NCBI GenBank assembly: GCA_964016885.1
Contig: OZ024740.1
Span: 258,726,001-258,790,000, forward strand
Reading direction: 5' to 3'
Source of the DNA: Eledone cirrhosa
Taxonomy: Eukaryota
DNA: 64,000 bases
The notes beneath the pieces are model-generated. The model was not told where the DNA came from and did no database searches. It saw only the letters and a program-made list of their open reading frames with translations. Positions 61,468-64,000 of this stretch are shown piece by piece. Position 1 is the first letter of the stretch. The number at the start of each line of letters is the position of its first letter. The translations under genes were made by a program, and so were the position numbers.

Positions 61468-63690
61468 ATGCGCATATATGTATTTTTATACTCAGATATA
61501 AACACCCAAACATATATACACCTACCTACATATATATTCATACATACACGCTTACAAATACAGATAATAATAGTATGGGGGAAAGGGGGTAACTTGTATC
61601 ACATGGATATTGAACATTATAATGAGTTCATATATAAAGAACTCAGGAAAAATTATAAAAAATCTAATAATGCGTCCCTCACCAACATCAACAACAAAAC
61701 ACACAACATAGTAAAAAAACTAAACATTGAAGATAGAACTGAACCTTTGGCATTGAAAAGACCACACTTCAACCTGAAGGATCATAAATCAAACTTTAAC
61801 TCAAATCCTTCTATAAGACTTATATGTCCCTCCAAATCAGATATTGGAATAATTAGCAAAAAAATTTTGGATAGAGTCATCCCACAAATAAGAAAACACG
61901 TTATTTTACCACTCTGGGAAAACACCTCCCAGGTAATTAACTGGTTTAAAAATATTAGATGTAAATCTTCTGCTTCATTTCTACAATTTGATATAGATAA
62001 TTACTATTCTTCTATATCACCTATACTCCTGAACAAAGCATTGATATTTGCTAAAAATAGATCTAACTTAACTTTGGATGACATTAATATTATTACACAT
62101 GCTAGACTAACACTTATTGAATTTCAGAATGAATACTGGACCAGAAACACATATAGTAATCTATTTGATATTACTATGGGTTCAAGCGATTCCGCCCAAA
62201 TTACTGATCTTGTGGGCCTCTTTCTCCTTTTCAACATAAATGCCTCCTTTCCCCACCTTAAAGGTGGTTTATATCGTGATGACTGTCTTCTTCTTTCTAA
62301 CAACCTTAGCCTTTCAGAAATAGAAAAAAACAAAAAACATATTAGAACTTTCCTTAAAGACTATTATAATCTTCATATTACTTTTGAAAAAACAAGTAAA
62401 GTAGTAAATTTCCTAGATATAACTTTAGATTTAGCTACGGGTATCTACCAACCTTACCATAAACCAAACCAAAACTTACATTACATACACTCACAATCTA
62501 ATCACCCTAAATCTATCCTTAAAAACCTTGCATATAATATATCACTTAGAATTTCTAACCTTTCTTCTAACCAAGATGTATTTGATAAAAATGCGACCTT
62601 CTATAACGAAGCTCTAGATAGAAGTGGCCACAAAAATAGATTAGAATATATACCTTCTACTAAAAATACTAAAAACATACAACCTAATATTACCAACAAA
62701 CACCAAATGAAAAGTACACACCTAAATGCCACCCACACTATACCCCAAAATACCAAATCTTCTAATATAATATATGGTAACTCTCAAAAAACTACTCATC
62801 ATACAACTCTAATAAATATTAATAATAAAACTCCTAATAATAAAAAAGATAAAACACCTAAATCTACAAATATAACTAAAAATGGTCGTGGTGAGATCAT
62901 TAACATTAATCCTCCTAGTAAACATCACGATACAACCTATAAAAATAATAAAAATAATAAAAATAATAAACAACATAGAAACCGTAATAGACGGGTTACT
63001 TGGTATAATGCTCCATTTAATTTACAAATTAAGGATAATATTGCTAAAAAAATTTTTTATATCCTAGAGAAAAACTTCCCGCCAAACCACAAATACCATC
63101 AAATCTTAAATAGGTCTACAGTTAAATTCTCATACTCAACAACAAATAACATAAAACAAAATATAAGTGCCTATAATGCATATAAATGTAAGAAAACCAT
63201 AAGTATACCACCAATACATCAAACTAACCATAATATCTCCTCAAATACAGAATTAACGAAAGGTTGTAACTGTAGAAACAAAGCAAACTGCCCATTAAAA
63301 GGGAATTGTCTTCTTAACAACATAGTCTATAAATGTAATGTTAAAACTAAAGATTCTATTTGCTCATATATAGGAGCTACTTCTAACAATTTTAAGACAA
63401 GGTTTAATACCCACAAGCATAGTTTTAAAAATGCCGCACTGGCTAATACAACATCTCTAGCAGAAAAAATCAATAGTTATAAAAATAAGAATATAGAATA
63501 TGATTTGACCTGGAGTGTGCTCAAAAGAGCCACCCCTTATCAAAATAATAGAAATGAATGTAGATTATGTTCCCAAGAACTATTTGAAATAATGAAATCT
63601 AAGGATATCCTATTAAATAAACGACAGGAATTAATTATATCGTGTAATCATAAACTAAAAAAAACATTTAAATATTATAAACCTAATTAA
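61468..63690 (+). CDS. PLE (Naiad-like) reverse transcriptase plus GIY-YIG endonuclease; uninterrupted, probably 5'-truncated
   Basis: [49 protein letters not shown]...CPL.G.CL, IVY...YIG, CRLC. Recognisable homology begins near 61570; the first 30 or so codons are microsatellite-derived. Confidence 0.95.
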   Translation: MRIYVFLYSDINTQTYIHLPTYIFIHTRLQIQIIIVWGKGGNLYHMDIEHYNEFIYKELRKNYKKSNNASLTNINNKTHNIVKKLNIEDRTEPLALKRPHFNLKDHKSNFNSNPSIRLICPSKSDIGIISKKILDRVIPQIRKHVILPLWENTSQVINWFKNIRCKSSASFLQFDIDNYYSSISPILLNKALIFAKNRSNLTLDDINIITHARLTLIEFQNEYWTRNTYSNLFDITMGSSDSAQITDLVGLFLLFNINASFPHLKGGLYRDDCLLLSNNLSLSEIEKNKKHIRTFLKDYYNLHITFEKTSKVVNFLDITLDLATGIYQPYHKPNQNLHYIHSQSNHPKSILKNLAYNISLRISNLSSNQDVFDKNATFYNEALDRSGHKNRLEYIPSTKNTKNIQPNITNKHQMKSTHLNATHTIPQNTKSSNIIYGNSQKTTHHTTLININNKTPNNKKDKTPKSTNITKNGRGEIININPPSKHHDTTYKNNKNNKNNKQHRNRNRRVTWYNAPFNLQIKDNIAKKIFYILEKNFPPNHKYHQILNRSTVKFSYSTTNNIKQNISAYNAYKCKKTISIPPIHQTNHNISSNTELTKGCNCRNKANCPLKGNCLLNNIVYKCNVKTKDSICSYIGATSNNFKTRFNTHKHSFKNAALANTTSLAEKINSYKNKNIEYDLTWSVLKRATPYQNNRNECRLCSQELFEIMKSKDILLNKRQELIISCNHKLKKTFKYYKPN

Positions 63691-64000
63691 TAACATTATT
63701 TTAGAAATTAATATATAATTTAATTTAAATGTTAATTAACCTATAAATTTAGTTTAATTAAAATTCTACTACAGATGAGAATATAAAATATTGTGTAATC
63801 ATAAATTGTGAAAAACCTTTAAATATTACTAATATATACTTAGTAATTTAATTTATAGATTAATTTTAATTTATTTAACCTTTTATTAAAATTCCTTTAC
63901 AGATAAAATATAACAAAATATCGTGTATTCAATGACAGAGAAATAATTTTTAGTATTATAGACCTAATTAATATACATTTTAGAAATATATTTATAATTT

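Overview
Repeat-only, AT-rich animal DNA with no host gene, rRNA or true tRNA that I can support. The SINE families and the extreme (TA)n/(CA)n load suggest a cephalopod such as Octopus (inference). Almost all ORFs in the track are microsatellite translations. The real content is a dense nest of mobile elements. There are at least 12 Penelope-like element (PLE) pieces of several clades, including one uninterrupted 740-codon RT plus GIY-YIG ORF at 61468-63690. Other elements are CR1-like, Vingi/Ingi-like, RTE and probable CRE non-LTR fragments, two SINE families, a hAT-type MITE with an 8-bp TSD, a TIR transposon remnant and two tandem non-autonomous Helitrons. The most notable signal is non-coding: about 15-20 minimal hammerhead ribozyme (HHR) motifs, with visible covariation between copies. 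Many lie in ORF-less head-to-head palindromes inserted in (TA)n tracts. The best candidate is a highly structured, near-identical 312-bp HHR tandem/inverted array at 44266-45370 that looks like a retrozyme (circular-RNA-producing non-autonomous element). All structures were read by eye; nothing was folded or searched computationally.
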